Notes: generated by a model from the sequence alone, not told the origin. DNA of 64,000 nucleotides from Acidimicrobiaceae bacterium (GCA_003140595.1 PLKG01000097.1:27495-91494), one strand, 5' to 3'; shown: positions 38,820 through 49,995, numbered from the stretch's first letter. Numbers and translations: made by a program.

Positions 38820-39845
38820 CTAGCCCCCTGAGACGTCTTCCAGGCGCTGGCGCCCGGCAGTGACGAACGGCATCATCGCACGCAGCTCGGCACCCACGGA
38901 CTCGATCTGGTGGCTCCTGCCAGCGGCACGTAGCTCGTTGAATCGCGGCCTGCCCGCGCGGTCCTCCGCAACCCATTCCCTGGCAAAGCTCCCGTCCTTG
39001 ATCTCGGCGAGTATCTTCCTCATCTCGGCGCGGACCCGGTCGTCGATGATCCGGGGCCCGCGGGTCAGATCCCCGTACTCAGCGGTGTCCGAGACCGAGA
39101 ACCGCATCCCCGCGATGCCCTGCTCGTACATGAGGTCGACAATCAGCTTCAGCTCGTGCAGGCATTCGAAGTACGCCGACTCGGGTTGGTACCCGGCCTC
39201 GACAAGGGTCTCGAAACCCGCCATCGCAAGTGCTGTCAAGCCTCCGCAGAGCACGACCTGCTCGCCGAAGAGGTCCGTCTCGGTCTCCTCGGCGAATGTC
39301 GTCTCGAGCACCCCGGCACGGGTCGCGCCGAGGGCATCCGCGTAGGAGAGCGCGAGCGCCATCGCCTTGCCCGAAGCATCGGCCGATACGGCGATAAGTG
39401 ATGGCACTCCACCGCCTTCGGTGTAGGTGCGCCGCACGAGGTGGCCCGGCCCCTTCGGTGCGACCATCGCGACGTCGACGCCCGCCGGCGGGTTGATCAA
39501 GCCGAAACGGATGTTGAAACCGTGCGCGAAGAACACCGCGTCACCCTCCGATAGGTGCGGGGCGATCTCGGCCTCGTAGACGGCCGCCTGCTCGGTGTCG
39601 GGCAGCAGGATCATGATGAGGTCAGCATCTGCCGCGGCCTCCGAGACGGTCACGACCCGCAGGCCTGCCGCTTCTGCCTTGGCGCGCGAGGACGACCCAG
39701 CCCTCAGCCCGACCCGCACGTCGACGCCGGAATCGTGGAGGTTCAGAGCGTGCGCGTGGCCTTGGGAGCCGTAGCCGATGATGGCCACCTTGCGCGTGCG
39801 GACCAGGGAGGAGTCCGCGTCCTTCTCGTAGTAGAGCTTGGCCAT
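38820..39845 (-). CDS. ilvC: Ketol-acid reductoisomerase
   Basis: [43 protein letters not shown] is canonical class I KARI. Confidence 0.95.
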   Translation of the reverse strand: MAKLYYEKDADSSLVRTRKVAIIGYGSQGHAHALNLHDSGVDVRVGLRAGSSSRAKAEAAGLRVVTVSEAAADADLIMILLPDTEQAAVYEAEIAPHLSEGDAVFFAHGFNIRFGLINPPAGVDVAMVAPKGPGHLVRRTYTEGGGVPSLIAVSADASGKAMALALSYADALGATRAGVLETTFAEETETDLFGEQVVLCGGLTALAMAGFETLVEAGYQPESAYFECLHELKLIVDLMYEQGIAGMRFSVSDTAEYGDLTRGPRIIDDRVRAEMRKILAEIKDGSFAREWVAEDRAGRPRFNELRAAGRSHQIESVGAELRAMMPFVTAGRQRLEDVSGG

Positions 39846-39931
39846 ACCGCTCCTGTCGTTGCGAATCGTGGGGACTGCTTGGTTTGGACGTGACGGTGCT
39901 GTTGTGGCCGCTACGCTGCGGCCCCGGGTTA

Positions 39932-40483
39932 TCAGGCGATGTTGGCGGCCGGAGTTGCGGCCCCGGACGCCGACTTCTCGTCCAGCTTAGGAAGCGCGAT
40001 CCGACCTGTCCGTTGGAGTCCCGCGATCCCATAGGGCCGCATCAGGTTCTCGAAGTCGTCGATCGACTCGGGCGTGCCCGCGACCATGACGGTGATCGCG
40101 TCCTGCCCCACGTCGACGATGCGGCCGGAAAATACGCCGACGAGCTGGATCACCTGGGACCGCTGCCCGGCATCGGCTGAGACGCTCACCAGCAGCAGCT
40201 CGGCTTCGCGTGCCTCGTCGGGATGGAGCTCACCGATCTCGACGACGTTGATGAGCTTGTCGAGCTGTGCCACGACCTGCTCGAGTGGCGACGACTCGAC
40301 GTCGACGACGATCGAGATGCGCGAGAAGCGCTCGTCGTCGGTCGGCGCGACGGCGAGGGAGTAGATGTTGTACCCACGCCGCGAGAACAGTCCCGCGACG
40401 CGTGCGAGCACACCTGCCTTGTTCTCCACAAGGACCGAGAGAAGACGGTGTCGGGGCCCATAGGCCATCTGATCGGGGCTCAT
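39932..40483 (-). CDS. ilvN: Acetolactate synthase small (regulatory) subunit
   Basis: [37 protein letters not shown] domain. The ATG overlaps the ilvB stop (ATGA). Confidence 0.9.
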   Translation of the reverse strand: MSPDQMAYGPRHRLLSVLVENKAGVLARVAGLFSRRGYNIYSLAVAPTDDERFSRISIVVDVESSPLEQVVAQLDKLINVVEIGELHPDEAREAELLLVSVSADAGQRSQVIQLVGVFSGRIVDVGQDAITVMVAGTPESIDDFENLMRPYGIAGLQRTGRIALPKLDEKSASGAATPAANIA

Positions 40484-42249
40484 TGCAGCGCCTCGGCGTC
40501 AGAAGTCCCCTGGGACTGGTACACGACGATGTCGTCGTTGGATGCGCCGGCAGGCACCATCGGGAACACCTGTTCCATCGAGTCTGTCCGGAAGTCGATG
40601 ACCACCGGCCGGTCGTCGATCTCGTTTGCCTTCTCGATCGCGGGTGTGACCTCCTCCGGGCTTTCCACGCGGAGGCCGATACAGCCCATCGACTCGGCCC
40701 ATCCGACGTAGTCGGGCAGGTCCGGCGAGAGGTAGACCTCGGAGTAGCGCTCCTCGTAGAACATGTGCTGCCACTGCCGCACCATCCCGAGGTAGGCGTT
40801 GTTCAAGATCGCGATCTTGACCGGAATGCGCTCGGCGGTCGCCGTGGCAAGCTCTTGCGCCGTCATCTGGAAGCATCCGTCGCCGTCGACCGCCCACACC
40901 ATCCGGTCGGGGCGCCCTACCTTCGCCCCGATCGCCGCCGGCACGGCGAAGCCCATGGTCCCGAGGCCACCCGAATTGACCCAGGTGTTCGGGTACTCGA
41001 AGGACCAGTACTGGGAAGCCCACATCTGATGCTGGCCCACGCCCGAGACGAGGATCGTGTCCGGAGGTGTCAAAGCCCTCAAGGTCTCGATGACGAACTG
41101 GGGCTTCAACGTCGGGCGTCGGCTCGCGCCGCTGCCCGCCGATCCGGTGCTCGCCGGTTCGTGGCGGTCGTAGGTGCAGGGGAACTCCGCCTGCCAACGG
41201 CGCAGTGTCGCGATCCAGGGGGCGAGCCGGCTGTGATCGATCGGTCCAAAGGCCCGTATCTCCTCGACGAGCGCCTCGATCGCCAGACGGCAGTCGGCCA
41301 GGATCCCAACCTCTGGTCGGCGAACCTTGCCGATCTCGGCCTTGTCTATGTCCACGTGCACGACCTTTGCTCCCGGTGCAAAGGCCGAGACTTTGCCGGT
41401 CACGCGGTCATCAAAGCGGCTGCCGAGCGCAAGCAGGAGGTCCGCCTTCTGCATGGAGGTGACAGCGGTGAAGTTGCCGTGCATCCCGGGCATCCCGAGG
41501 GACAGGGGATGACTGTCGGGGAACGCGCCACGGGCCATAAGGGTCGTCACGACGGGAATGCCGGTCAGGTCCACCAGCTCGCGCAACACCTCGGAGGCCC
41601 TCGACTTCAAGATGCCGCCGCCCGCGTAGATCACCGGCCGTTCGGCCGCGAGAACGAGCGCGGCGGCGGCTCGTATCGCCGCCGGGTCGGCGTGGGACGG
41701 CGGCTGGTAGCCGGGCAGGTCGACTCCGTCAGGCCAGTACCACTCCATGGTGGAGTTCGCGACGTCTTTCGGGAAGTCGATGAGCACCGGTCCCGGGCGA
41801 CCGGTCGTCGCGATGTGGAATGCCTCGCGCACGACCTGGGGGATATCGGCGGCGTCGGTGACGAGCCAGTTGTGCTTTGTGACCCCGAGGGTGATACCGG
41901 TCGTGTCGCTCTCCTGGAAGGCGTCGGTCCCGATTGCGCTCGTGGCAACTTGGCCGCTGACGCACACCAGCGGGATCGAGTCCATATAGGCGTCGGCGAG
42001 CGGGGTCACGACGTTGGTAGCGCCAGGCCCACTTGTGACCATCGCCACTCCCGGCCTGCCGGTTGCCTGCGCGTAGCCTTCGGCCATATGCCCGGCGCCC
42101 TGCTCGTGTCGAACCAGGATGTGGCGGATCGGCGAGTCGAGGATGGGGTCGTATACGGGCAGGATCGCACCTCCGGGAAGGCCGAAGATAACTTCGACCC
42201 CCTCCATTTCCAGGCTTTTCACAAGCGCTTGCGCTCCGGTGAGTTCCAT
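40480..42249 (-). CDS. ilvB: Acetolactate synthase large subunit
   Basis: 589 aa. MELTGAQALVKSLEMEGVEVIFGLPGGAILPVYD, with the ThDP motif GGLGTMGFAVPAAIGA...DGDGCFQM...NN. Confidence 0.95.
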   Translation of the reverse strand: MELTGAQALVKSLEMEGVEVIFGLPGGAILPVYDPILDSPIRHILVRHEQGAGHMAEGYAQATGRPGVAMVTSGPGATNVVTPLADAYMDSIPLVCVSGQVATSAIGTDAFQESDTTGITLGVTKHNWLVTDAADIPQVVREAFHIATTGRPGPVLIDFPKDVANSTMEWYWPDGVDLPGYQPPSHADPAAIRAAAALVLAAERPVIYAGGGILKSRASEVLRELVDLTGIPVVTTLMARGAFPDSHPLSLGMPGMHGNFTAVTSMQKADLLLALGSRFDDRVTGKVSAFAPGAKVVHVDIDKAEIGKVRRPEVGILADCRLAIEALVEEIRAFGPIDHSRLAPWIATLRRWQAEFPCTYDRHEPASTGSAGSGASRRPTLKPQFVIETLRALTPPDTILVSGVGQHQMWASQYWSFEYPNTWVNSGGLGTMGFAVPAAIGAKVGRPDRMVWAVDGDGCFQMTAQELATATAERIPVKIAILNNAYLGMVRQWQHMFYEERYSEVYLSPDLPDYVGWAESMGCIGLRVESPEEVTPAIEKANEIDDRPVVIDFRTDSMEQVFPMVPAGASNDDIVVYQSQGTSDAEALQ

Positions 42250-42334
42250 CGGGGCTACCTCTCACTCTCGTTCGTCGGGTCTGTGGGTGGGTATGCGGTG
42301 TTCGGCTGATCGCTGCTGGCAGTGCGCCTGTGCC

Positions 42335-42367
42335 AGAAAACGAAACGACCTCCCCTTCGGGGAGGTC
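42335..42367 (-). terminator. Hairpin GACCTCCC(C)-loop-(G)GGGAGGTC followed by GTTTCGTTTTCT: terminator of the ilvBNC attenuator
   Basis: 8-9 bp perfect GC-rich stem (42367-42359 / 42355-42347) with a U-rich tail (42346-42335) on the minus strand. It lies 85 nt upstream of the ilvB ATG and 200 nt downstream of the ilvD stop. Confidence 0.6.
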
Positions 42368-42398
42368 GCAGGCGCAGAACCGCAAACGGTGCCGCGCT

Positions 42399-42434
42399 CT
42401 AGGTAATAAGTACGAGGCAGTCGTTTGCGGACAT
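42399..42434 (-). CDS. ilvB leader peptide MSANDCLVLIT (11 aa, Leu-Val-Leu-Ile run)
   Basis: ATG TCC GCA AAC GAC TGC CTC GTA CTT ATT ACC TAG read directly from the minus strand. All three BCAA codon types are clustered just before the stop, upstream of the hairpin/U-tract. Confidence 0.6.
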   Translation of the reverse strand: MSANDCLVLIT

Positions 42435-42570
42435 CGGGATAAGTGTTGCAGAGCATCGCGCCGCACGCAAACATCGGCCGTGGCGATGGGGTCGCGCGGG
42501 CGGGACGCGAACCACCGACGTGCCGGGTGTGAGCCTGTAGGCCGTATGCAGGACAAGCTGCCTGCGGCAC

Positions 42571-44262
42571 CTATGGCTCGGTGACCGCTCCCCGTTCTGC
42601 CCCCACGACCAGTCGCGCGTACTTGGCCAGGACTCCTGTGGCATAACGCGGGATGGGGGGCTTCCACTGCCCGCGGCGGCGCTCGAGCTCGGCCGGCTCG
42701 ACGACGACGTCCAGACGGCCCCCGTGCGCGTCGAGGACGATCTGATCGCCGTCCTCGACCAACCCGATCGGACCACCGACCGCCGCTTCGGGAGCAACGT
42801 GGCCAACACAGAATCCCTGGGTGCCCCCGGAAAAGCGCCCGTCCGTGACAAGTGCACAGTCGCCTCCCCGGCCGGCGCCGGTCATGGCCCCGGTCACGGC
42901 CAGCATCTCGCGCATCCCGGGACCCCCCTTCGGTCCTTCGTAACGGATGACGACGACGGTCCCCGGCGTGACGGTCCCGGCGAGGATGGCCTCCATGGCG
43001 GCGCCCTCGCCGTCGAAGACCCTTGCCCGGCCCGCAAAGGCGAGGTCACCGTCGATGCCTGCGACCTTCACGACAGCCCCTTCAGGCGCGAGCGACCCCC
43101 GGAGGATCGCGATCCCACCGTCGGCGTGTATCGGCTCGCCAAACAGCCGGACGACCGACCCGTCGGGCACGGGGGGGTCGAGTGCGGCCAGGTTCTCTGC
43201 CATCGTTTTTCCGGTGACGGTCAGGCACTCGCCGTGAAGCAGGCCCTCCTGCAGCAATTCACGGAGAACGACCGGAACACCACCGATCCGGTCGAGATCG
43301 GTCATGTGGTACCGACCGTGCGGCTTCATGTCGGCGAGGTGCGGGACTCTGCGTCCAATCCGGGAGAAGTCGTCGAGGTGCAACTCGACGCGGGACTCGT
43401 TCGCGATCGCGAGCAGATGCAGCACGGCGTTGGTGGAACCACCTAGTGCCATCACAGTGGCGATCGCGTTCTCGAATGCCTCCTTGGTCATGATCTGGCG
43501 GGGCCGGATGCCCTTTTCGAGCAAGGCGATGACCGCTTGGCCACTCGCGTAGGCGAGATCGTCTCGCCGGCGGTCGACCGCCGGGACGGACGCCCCGGCC
43601 GGAAGGGCCATTCCGAGCGCCTCGGCCACCGATGCCATGGTGTTGGCGGTGAACATGCCGGCACACGAGCCTTCGGTCGGGCACGCATTGCGCTCGATCG
43701 CCTCGAGCTGCTCGAGGTCGATGGTCCCCGCGGCGCACGCACCGACCGCCTCGAACACAGAAACGATGTCCAGGGCGCGATCGCCTAAGCGTCCGGGAAG
43801 GATCGTTCCGCCGTAGAGGAAAACCATCGGGAGGTCGAGGCGGCCGGCTGCCATGAGCATGCCGGGAAGCGACTTGTCGCACCCTGCCAGGCCGACGAAG
43901 GCGTCGAAGCGCTCCGCGAGCATCATGGCTTCGACCGAGTCAGCGATGATCTCCCGGCTCACGAGGGACGCGTGCATCCCCTCGTGGCCCATGGCGATGC
44001 CGTCGGAGACGGCTATCGTGACGAACTCGAACGGGAACCCTCCTGCGGCACGCACACCGTCCTTCGCCCTCTGGGCGAGCCTGGCGAGCGGCGTGTTGCA
44101 CGGGGTCACCTCGTTCCAGGTGGAGGCGACGCCGACCTGAGGCTTGCCGAAATCGCCATCGGTCATCCCGACAGCGCGGAGCATCGCCCTCGACGGTGCG
44201 CGCCGGAAGCCATCGGTCACGTCCTGGCTGTGGATCTTGAGCGAGCGGATCTTGTCGGTCAT
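42571..44262 (-). CDS. ilvD: Dihydroxy-acid dehydratase
   Basis: 563 aa. [36 protein letters not shown]. Confidence 0.95.
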   Translation of the reverse strand: MTDKIRSLKIHSQDVTDGFRRAPSRAMLRAVGMTDGDFGKPQVGVASTWNEVTPCNTPLARLAQRAKDGVRAAGGFPFEFVTIAVSDGIAMGHEGMHASLVSREIIADSVEAMMLAERFDAFVGLAGCDKSLPGMLMAAGRLDLPMVFLYGGTILPGRLGDRALDIVSVFEAVGACAAGTIDLEQLEAIERNACPTEGSCAGMFTANTMASVAEALGMALPAGASVPAVDRRRDDLAYASGQAVIALLEKGIRPRQIMTKEAFENAIATVMALGGSTNAVLHLLAIANESRVELHLDDFSRIGRRVPHLADMKPHGRYHMTDLDRIGGVPVVLRELLQEGLLHGECLTVTGKTMAENLAALDPPVPDGSVVRLFGEPIHADGGIAILRGSLAPEGAVVKVAGIDGDLAFAGRARVFDGEGAAMEAILAGTVTPGTVVVIRYEGPKGGPGMREMLAVTGAMTGAGRGGDCALVTDGRFSGGTQGFCVGHVAPEAAVGGPIGLVEDGDQIVLDAHGGRLDVVVEPAELERRRGQWKPPIPRYATGVLAKYARLVVGAERGAVTEP

Positions 44263-44590
44263 TTCCTCAAACTAGTTGGCGGCCCGCGATCTGGCCGATT
44301 GACTGTCGCGCGCTCGTTCAGAGCCCGAGCGCGGCCAGGATCGAAATGGGGCCACGACAAGCCGTGCCGTTCCCGTCGGTCCACGGCGTCAAGGCGAGAT
44401 GGTCAACCAGGTGTTCTCCTCGGACAGGCAGGTCCGTCAAAGACGATGACGCCGCTCGTGCCCGACCAAGTTGCCACCCGAAACCTCCACCGCGCCGGCA
44501 GGATCGGCAGACGAGGGATCTCGCTACGAGGAAACCAGTCATTTGCGCGCCACGTCGGCGAAGCGGTGGCTGCCCGCGAGCAGTGTTACC

Positions 44591-46036
44591 TCAGGCTTCG
44601 CGCCGGGAGGCAAACGCTTGCGCGACCAGCTTGCCGTTCGCACGACCCTTGGAGGACTTCATGACCTGGCCGAGGAGAAACTGGGCGACCTTGTCATCAC
44701 CTTCGCGGTAGCGCTTCCATTCCAGTGGGTTGGCCACGATCACCCCGTCGACTATCGCGTCGAGGCTCGCCGTGTCCATCTGCTCGTAGCCCAGCCGACC
44801 GGCGATCTGCGCTGGGTCACCGCCATTGGCCATCAGCTCGGCCAGCACTTCTTTGGACTGCGTCGCCGACAACCGGCCCGACGACTCCATCTTGACAAGG
44901 CCGGCAAAGGCCACCGGATCGAGCAGCCTGGCAGCGTCCGGATTCGCAGCCGCCTCGTTCGCGGCACGGGCGAGCGCGAGCCGGGGATCTGCTCCGGCCG
45001 CGACGGCACCGTGCACCAGTTCGTCGAGGCCGAGGTCGACGACGGTGACGACCTGGTCGGTCGAGCCGTCCGTGCGAGTGGCAAGATCCGAACCGGCGCC
45101 GAGGAGGCTCGAGAGTCGGTGACGGCGCTCGGCCGGCATGGCGCCGACACCCTCGCCAGCCGCCGCGAGCAGCGCCGCGTCCGGCACGAGCGGGGTGAGG
45201 TCGGGCTCGGGAAAGTAGCGGTAGTCGTTCGCCTCTTCCTTCGAGCGCATCGAATGGGTACTACTGTCCCCCTCGTCCCAATGCCGGGTCTCCTGGGAAA
45301 CGCTTCCTCCGGACTCGATCAGCGCGATCTGGCGTTCGACCTCGTATTCGACGGCCCGTTCCAGTGACCGCAACGAGTTCAGGTTCTTCACCTCGCACCG
45401 TGTCCCGAATTCGGCCGAGACCACGGGGCGCACCGAGATGTTCGCGTCGACTCGCAGAGAACCTTCCTCCATGCGGCCGTCGGAGGCTCCGGTGGCCACG
45501 AGGATCGAGCGCAGCTCGTCGACATAGGCCCTCGCCTGGGCTGCCGAGCGGACGTCCGGACGGGAGACGATCTCGACGAGCGGCACGCCGGCGCGGTTGT
45601 AGTCCACGAGCGAATAGCTGGCCTCGTGGATGCGGCCGCCCCCTCCGACGTGGGTCGTCTTGCCGGTGTCCTCTTCCATGTGCGCCCGTTCGATGCCGAC
45701 GCGCGACCCGTCAGGCAGCTCGAGCCACCCGTCCACGTTGATGGGCTCGTCGTACTGGCTTATCTGGTAGTCCTTCGGCATGTCGGGATAGAAGTAGTTC
45801 TTCCGGTGGAAGATCGAGCGCCGCGCGGTGCAATTGAGGGCGGCACCGATCCTGAGAGCGAGTTCGACCGCTCGCCGGTTGATCACCGGCAACGAGCCTG
45901 GCAAGCCCAGACAGACCGGGCAGATGTTCGTGTTCGGCTCGTCCCCGAAAGCGTTGCGACACCCGCAGAACAGTTTCGTGGTCGTCGAGAGCTCACAGTG
46001 GACCTCGAGGCCTACGACCGTCTCGTACTCGGTCAC
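44591..46036 (-). CDS. gatB: Asp/Glu-tRNA(Asn/Gln) amidotransferase subunit B
   Basis: (V)[28 protein letters not shown] 46036 overlaps the gatA stop (GTGA). The 61-codon upstream extension is Arg/Pro/Gly-rich and lies inside gatA. Confidence 0.9.
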   Translation of the reverse strand: MTEYETVVGLEVHCELSTTTKLFCGCRNAFGDEPNTNICPVCLGLPGSLPVINRRAVELALRIGAALNCTARRSIFHRKNYFYPDMPKDYQISQYDEPINVDGWLELPDGSRVGIERAHMEEDTGKTTHVGGGGRIHEASYSLVDYNRAGVPLVEIVSRPDVRSAAQARAYVDELRSILVATGASDGRMEEGSLRVDANISVRPVVSAEFGTRCEVKNLNSLRSLERAVEYEVERQIALIESGGSVSQETRHWDEGDSSTHSMRSKEEANDYRYFPEPDLTPLVPDAALLAAAGEGVGAMPAERRHRLSSLLGAGSDLATRTDGSTDQVVTVVDLGLDELVHGAVAAGADPRLALARAANEAAANPDAARLLDPVAFAGLVKMESSGRLSATQSKEVLAELMANGGDPAQIAGRLGYEQMDTASLDAIVDGVIVANPLEWKRYREGDDKVAQFLLGQVMKSSKGRANGKLVAQAFASRREA

Positions 46037-47499
46037 GGCGTCACCGGTCCCCGGGCCGAGCGGGGCGCGCTGGCCTCCAGGCTCGCCGCGACCCGCATCA
46101 TGACCGCCTCTCCGAGGGCAGGGGCGAGGACCTGCACGCCGATCGGCAGCCCTTCGGGGTTCAACGCGAAGGGCACGCTCGCAGCCGGGTGGCCGGCCAG
46201 GCTGGACGGGATGCTGCACAGGTCACACATATACATCTCGATCGGGTCGTCGACCTTGGACCCGAAGGGGAAGGCCACAGAAGGCGTCGTCGGCGTCAAG
46301 AGGACGTCGAAGTCCTGATAGGCCGCCTCGAACGCGCGGATGACAAGTGTGCGCGCCTTTTGGGCCTGGCCGTAGTAGGCGTCGTAGTAGCCGGCCGACA
46401 AGGCGTAGGTGCCCATCATGATGCGCCGTTTCACCTCAGGACCGAATCCTTCGCCGCGCGTGCGGGCGTTCATCGTCTCCGCGTCCGGCCCATCGACTCT
46501 CAGGCCGTAGCGGACACCGTCGTAACGCGACAGGTTCGAGGACGCCTCAGCAGGCGCGATGACGTAGTAAGCAGGCAGCCCGAGCAACAGCTCCGGGATC
46601 CTCACCTCGTCCACCTTTGCACCGGCAGCCGCCAACGCCTCGGCTGCGGACACGACCGCGTCGCCACATTCGGACTCTTCCGAGAGGAAATCGGCCACGA
46701 CCCCGATGCGCAAGCCGGAAACGCCGTCATGGAGGGTGGCGAGCAGGCTCGGTGCCGGCCTGTCGAGCGACGTCGAGTCCATCGGGTCGTGCCCCGCGAT
46801 CACCTCGAGAGCGAGCGCCGCGTCGGCGACGGTGGTCGCGAACGGTCCAATCTGGTCGAGCGAGCTCGCGAACGCGATCAGCCCGTAGCGTGAAACGACG
46901 CCGTAAGTCGGCTTCACCCCGACGATCCCGCACAGCGCCGCCGGTTGGCGGATCGATCCGCCCGTGTCGCTGCCAAGCGCGAGCGGGACGATCCCCGACG
47001 CGACTGCGGCGGCGCTCCCGCCCGACGAGCCCCCCGGGACGCGCCCGAGGTCCCAGGGGTTGCGGGTAGGCCCGAAGGCGGAGTTCTCAGTCGAAGAGCC
47101 CATCGCGAACTCGTCGAGATTGGTCTTGCCGATCGCGACCGCACCGGCATCACGCAGCCGGCTCACGACCGTCGCGTCGTAGGGGGGCAACCATCCGGCC
47201 AGGATCTTCGACGAACAGGTCGTCGGGATCCCCACGGTGCAGAGATTGTCCTTCAGCGCGACCGGGACGCCGGCGAGAGGTCCCGGGTCCAGACCCGATC
47301 GGACGATACGGTCGACGGCGTCGGCGTCCGCCTCGGCGGCCTCGATCGTCACTTCGTTGAAGCAGTGCAGGTCGCCTTCGAGCTCGCGGACGCGCTCGAG
47401 CGAGGTGGCGAGAACTGCCCTGGCACTGCGCTCGCCCGTGCGGACGCACGCGGCGATCGCGGCCAAGGACCCGAGCTCGGGCGCCGGGGTCGCGGTCAC
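46033..47499 (-). CDS. gatA: Asp/Glu-tRNA(Asn/Gln) amidotransferase subunit A
   Basis: Amidase signature [30 protein letters not shown]. Confidence 0.95.
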   Translation of the reverse strand: MTATPAPELGSLAAIAACVRTGERSARAVLATSLERVRELEGDLHCFNEVTIEAAEADADAVDRIVRSGLDPGPLAGVPVALKDNLCTVGIPTTCSSKILAGWLPPYDATVVSRLRDAGAVAIGKTNLDEFAMGSSTENSAFGPTRNPWDLGRVPGGSSGGSAAAVASGIVPLALGSDTGGSIRQPAALCGIVGVKPTYGVVSRYGLIAFASSLDQIGPFATTVADAALALEVIAGHDPMDSTSLDRPAPSLLATLHDGVSGLRIGVVADFLSEESECGDAVVSAAEALAAAGAKVDEVRIPELLLGLPAYYVIAPAEASSNLSRYDGVRYGLRVDGPDAETMNARTRGEGFGPEVKRRIMMGTYALSAGYYDAYYGQAQKARTLVIRAFEAAYQDFDVLLTPTTPSVAFPFGSKVDDPIEMYMCDLCSIPSSLAGHPAASVPFALNPEGLPIGVQVLAPALGEAVMMRVAASLEASAPRSARGPVTP

Positions 47500-47807
47500 G
47501 GTGCCTCGCCCATGATCCGGGGAACGCGGAAACGGCCGCTCTCGGCCACCGGCGCCTGTGAGAGCACCGAGTCGCGGTCCAAGCTCGGTCTCTCGATGTC
47601 GGAGCGGAGCACGTTCTCGACCGGGAACGGGTGGGCCGTCGGCGGGACGTCTGCGGTATCGAGACGACGAACAGCGTCCACATGCTCGAGGATCGCGGAC
47701 AGCTGCACCGCGTACCGCCCGACCTCGTCGTCGTCGAGGGCGAGCCTGGCAAGGCGCGCCACGTGGCGTACCTCCTCGGGAGAGATCAGCCTTTCGGGTT
47801 CGCTCAC
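47496..47807 (-). CDS. gatC: Asp/Glu-tRNA(Asn/Gln) amidotransferase subunit C
   Basis: 103 aa. [17 protein letters not shown]. Its stop overlaps the gatA start by 4 nt. Confidence 0.85.
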   Translation of the reverse strand: MSEPERLISPEEVRHVARLARLALDDDEVGRYAVQLSAILEHVDAVRRLDTADVPPTAHPFPVENVLRSDIERPSLDRDSVLSQAPVAESGRFRVPRIMGEAP

Positions 47808-48559
47808 TTCAGTGCACCCACTTCGTTCACGAAGCCAACCGCGCGTCGTTCGATCTCAGGGGCGTCGTAATCGAGCGTCGCCACGTGGTAACTGCGCTCG
47901 AGCCAGACGCGCTCGACCGGGCCGCCTGCTCGCGCCGCCAACAGGTCGCCGGACTCGGTCGGCACGACGTGGTCGACCCGGCTCGACAGCAGGAGCACCG
48001 GGCAGCGAACATCGCCCAGTCCTGCTGCGACCTCGTCGACGCCTTCGAACATCGAGAGCATCGGTTCGAGCGGCGAGGCGTCGTAGGCCGATTCGACACC
48101 GTGCATCGCGGTATCGGAACCGATGGCGGGTGCGGTTGTGGCGCCTTCTTCGATCATCCCATGCAACATGTCCCTGAAACTCGAAGCCGGGGGGTCGACC
48201 AGCGGGTTGATCACGATGACACCGGCGATCTCGGGGTGCCGCTCTGCAAGCCAGATCGCGAGCGAGCCACCCATCGACAAGCCGGCCACGACGACTCGAT
48301 CGCAGCGCCCTGCCAGCTCGCTGTAAGCCGCTTCGGCCGCTCTGGACCAGTCGGACCAGCGGGTCGGGACCATGTCCTCCACACTCGTGCCGTGTCCAGG
48401 TAGAAGCGGGAGCTCGATTGAAAACCCGGCGAACGCGAACGCTCGAGCGAGCGGCCGCATCGACTGTGGGCTCCCGGTGAAACCGTGAAGGACCAGAACG
48501 CCAAGCGAGCTGCCGGCAGCGGAGAAAGGTTCGCAACCGGCGAGGATCGGGGTCGTCAC
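47804..48559 (-). CDS. Alpha/beta-fold hydrolase (carboxylesterase / monoacylglycerol lipase-like)
   Basis: [14 protein letters not shown], nucleophile elbow GLSMGG, C-terminal SYHV. GTG 48559 is chosen to leave a divergent promoter with the SCP2 gene; the ORF is open to 48919. Its stop overlaps the gatC start by 4 nt. Confidence 0.7.
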   Translation of the reverse strand: MTTPILAGCEPFSAAGSSLGVLVLHGFTGSPQSMRPLARAFAFAGFSIELPLLPGHGTSVEDMVPTRWSDWSRAAEAAYSELAGRCDRVVVAGLSMGGSLAIWLAERHPEIAGVIVINPLVDPPASSFRDMLHGMIEEGATTAPAIGSDTAMHGVESAYDASPLEPMLSMFEGVDEVAAGLGDVRCPVLLLSSRVDHVVPTESGDLLAARAGGPVERVWLERSYHVATLDYDAPEIERRAVGFVNEVGALK

Positions 48560-48646
48560 ATCAGCATCGTACCCGGCCCTCTGGGCATGCTCCCAAGCAG
48601 ATAGTGTCCGCTCTGCGAAGCGATGGGCCGGACGCGAGGAGCTGAT

Positions 48647-49054
48647 GTGGAGAAATTGCCGTTCCTGAGTGACGAGTGGACGACCGAGGTCAAGCGACTG
48701 CACGCAGAGGTCGTGACCCACTCGACTCCGCCGCCTCAAAGTGTGCGAATGAACCTCGTCCTGACACAGTCCCCGCTCGGCGATGGCACGATCGAAGCCC
48801 ACGTAGACACAAGCTCCGGGGACGTCATAGTCGACACCGGCCACATCGACGCACCCGACTTGACCGTCACCGTCGACTACGAGACGGCCAAGGCGATCCT
48901 CGTCGATGGTGACGCCCAAGCGGCGATGCAGGCCTTTATGTCGGGACGAATCAAAATCGACGGGGACATGACCCAGTTGCTCGCCTTACAGAACACTCCC
49001 GTCGATCCCCTCCATCAAGAGCTCGCGGCACGCGTGCGGGAGATCACCGAATAG
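48647..49054 (+). CDS. SCP2 (sterol carrier protein-like) domain protein
   Basis: DYETAKAILVDGDAQAAMQAFMSGRIKIDGDMTQLLAL is a typical SCP2 C-terminus. GTG 48647 is preceded by GAGGAG-N6; ATG 48623 is an alternative. Confidence 0.7.
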   Translation: MEKLPFLSDEWTTEVKRLHAEVVTHSTPPPQSVRMNLVLTQSPLGDGTIEAHVDTSSGDVIVDTGHIDAPDLTVTVDYETAKAILVDGDAQAAMQAFMSGRIKIDGDMTQLLALQNTPVDPLHQELAARVREITE

Positions 49055-49083
49055 GGAGCGGCCTTTGCGCCGCGGTTGTGGTG

Positions 49084-49995
49084 CTACCTCGTGGCGGGCG
49101 GCCCCGCGGGCGAAGAGACGTGACCGACGATCCGCGGCATCTCGACAGCCAGTTCGTCAATCGTCCAGCGTTCGCCCTTGTCGATCTCTGTCGCGAGGGT
49201 CCACGGCTGGAAGTACTGCACCCTGCCTCCTTGGACGAAGAAGACCTTCCCTGTAATGGGGCAGAGATCGCTGGCGAGATAAGCGGCGACGGGCGACACG
49301 TTGGCGGGGTCCCAGGAGTCGAACACCCCTGAGTCAGGCGGCTGCACTATGTCGGACAGCCCGGGGGTCGACTCGGTGATCCGAGTCCTGGCAGCCGGCA
49401 CGATCGCGTTGACCCTTACGCCATAACGCGAGAGCTCCTGCGCGGCGATCACGGTGAACGCCGCGATCCCAGCTTTTGCGGTCCCGTAGTTCGACTGCCC
49501 GGGGTTGCCCAACAATCCGGAAGTCGACGAAGTGTTCACGACAGCCGCTGTGATCTTGCGGCCCGCCTTGGACTGCTCCCGCCAGTAGGCCGCTGCCCAG
49601 CGCGTCGGAACGAAATGGCCGTTCAGGTCGACGTGCATGACGAGGTCCCACTCCTCCTCGGTCATGTTCACGAGGACCCGGTCCCGGATGATCCCGGCAT
49701 TGTTGACGAGCACATGGAGGTCCCCGAAAGCCTCGATGGCCGCGGTCACCAAGCGGTGGCCACCGTCCCAGTTCGACACGTCGTCGGTGTTGGCGACTGC
49801 CTCTCCGCCCATCTGCTTGATCTCGTCCACGACCCGCTGAGCCGCCGCCCGGTCATCGCCCGAGCCGTTGACTGCGCACCCAAGGTCGTTGACCACGACC
49901 TTGGCGCCTTCGCCCGCGAACAAGAGCGCGTGCTGCCGACCGATCCCGCGGCCAGCACCGGTGATGATCGCAACCCTGCCTTCGAGTGCACCCAT
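49084..49995 (-). CDS. Short-chain dehydrogenase/reductase (SDR) with C-terminal extension
   Basis: TGAGRGIG cofactor motif, NNAG, YGTAKAG (YxxxK). ATG 49995 is preceded by AAGGAAGG. Confidence 0.8.
   Translation of the reverse strand: MGALEGRVAIITGAGRGIGRQHALLFAGEGAKVVVNDLGCAVNGSGDDRAAAQRVVDEIKQMGGEAVANTDDVSNWDGGHRLVTAAIEAFGDLHVLVNNAGIIRDRVLVNMTEEEWDLVMHVDLNGHFVPTRWAAAYWREQSKAGRKITAAVVNTSSTSGLLGNPGQSNYGTAKAGIAAFTVIAAQELSRYGVRVNAIVPAARTRITESTPGLSDIVQPPDSGVFDSWDPANVSPVAAYLASDLCPITGKVFFVQGGRVQYFQPWTLATEIDKGERWTIDELAVEMPRIVGHVSSPAGPPATR

Noticed and set aside
40267-42309. 680-aa plus-strand ORF antisense to ilvB. Similar long antisense ORFs include 14143-15678 (+), 52927-54186 (+), 60772-61938 (+), 56630-57922 (-), 3257-4132 (+) and 38047-38823 (+).
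   Set aside because: All are Arg/Pro/Gly/His-rich with no recognisable motifs. Each lies opposite or out of frame to a gene with unmistakable family signatures. Long spurious ORFs are expected in GC-rich DNA because stop codons are rare.
42262-42570. 102-aa minus-strand ORF filling the ilvD-ilvB gap.
   Set aside because: Its composition is odd (Cys/Arg/His-rich) and it spans the terminator hairpin. The 11-codon LVLI leader in another frame explains the region better.
44318-44542. 74-aa ORF (MTGFLVARSLVCRSC...) upstream of ilvD, considered as another leader peptide or small protein.
   Set aside because: It has no clustered BCAA codons near a stop, no following terminator hairpin and a composition typical of non-coding GC-rich sequence. 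The 328-bp gatB-ilvD gap is probably just a promoter region.
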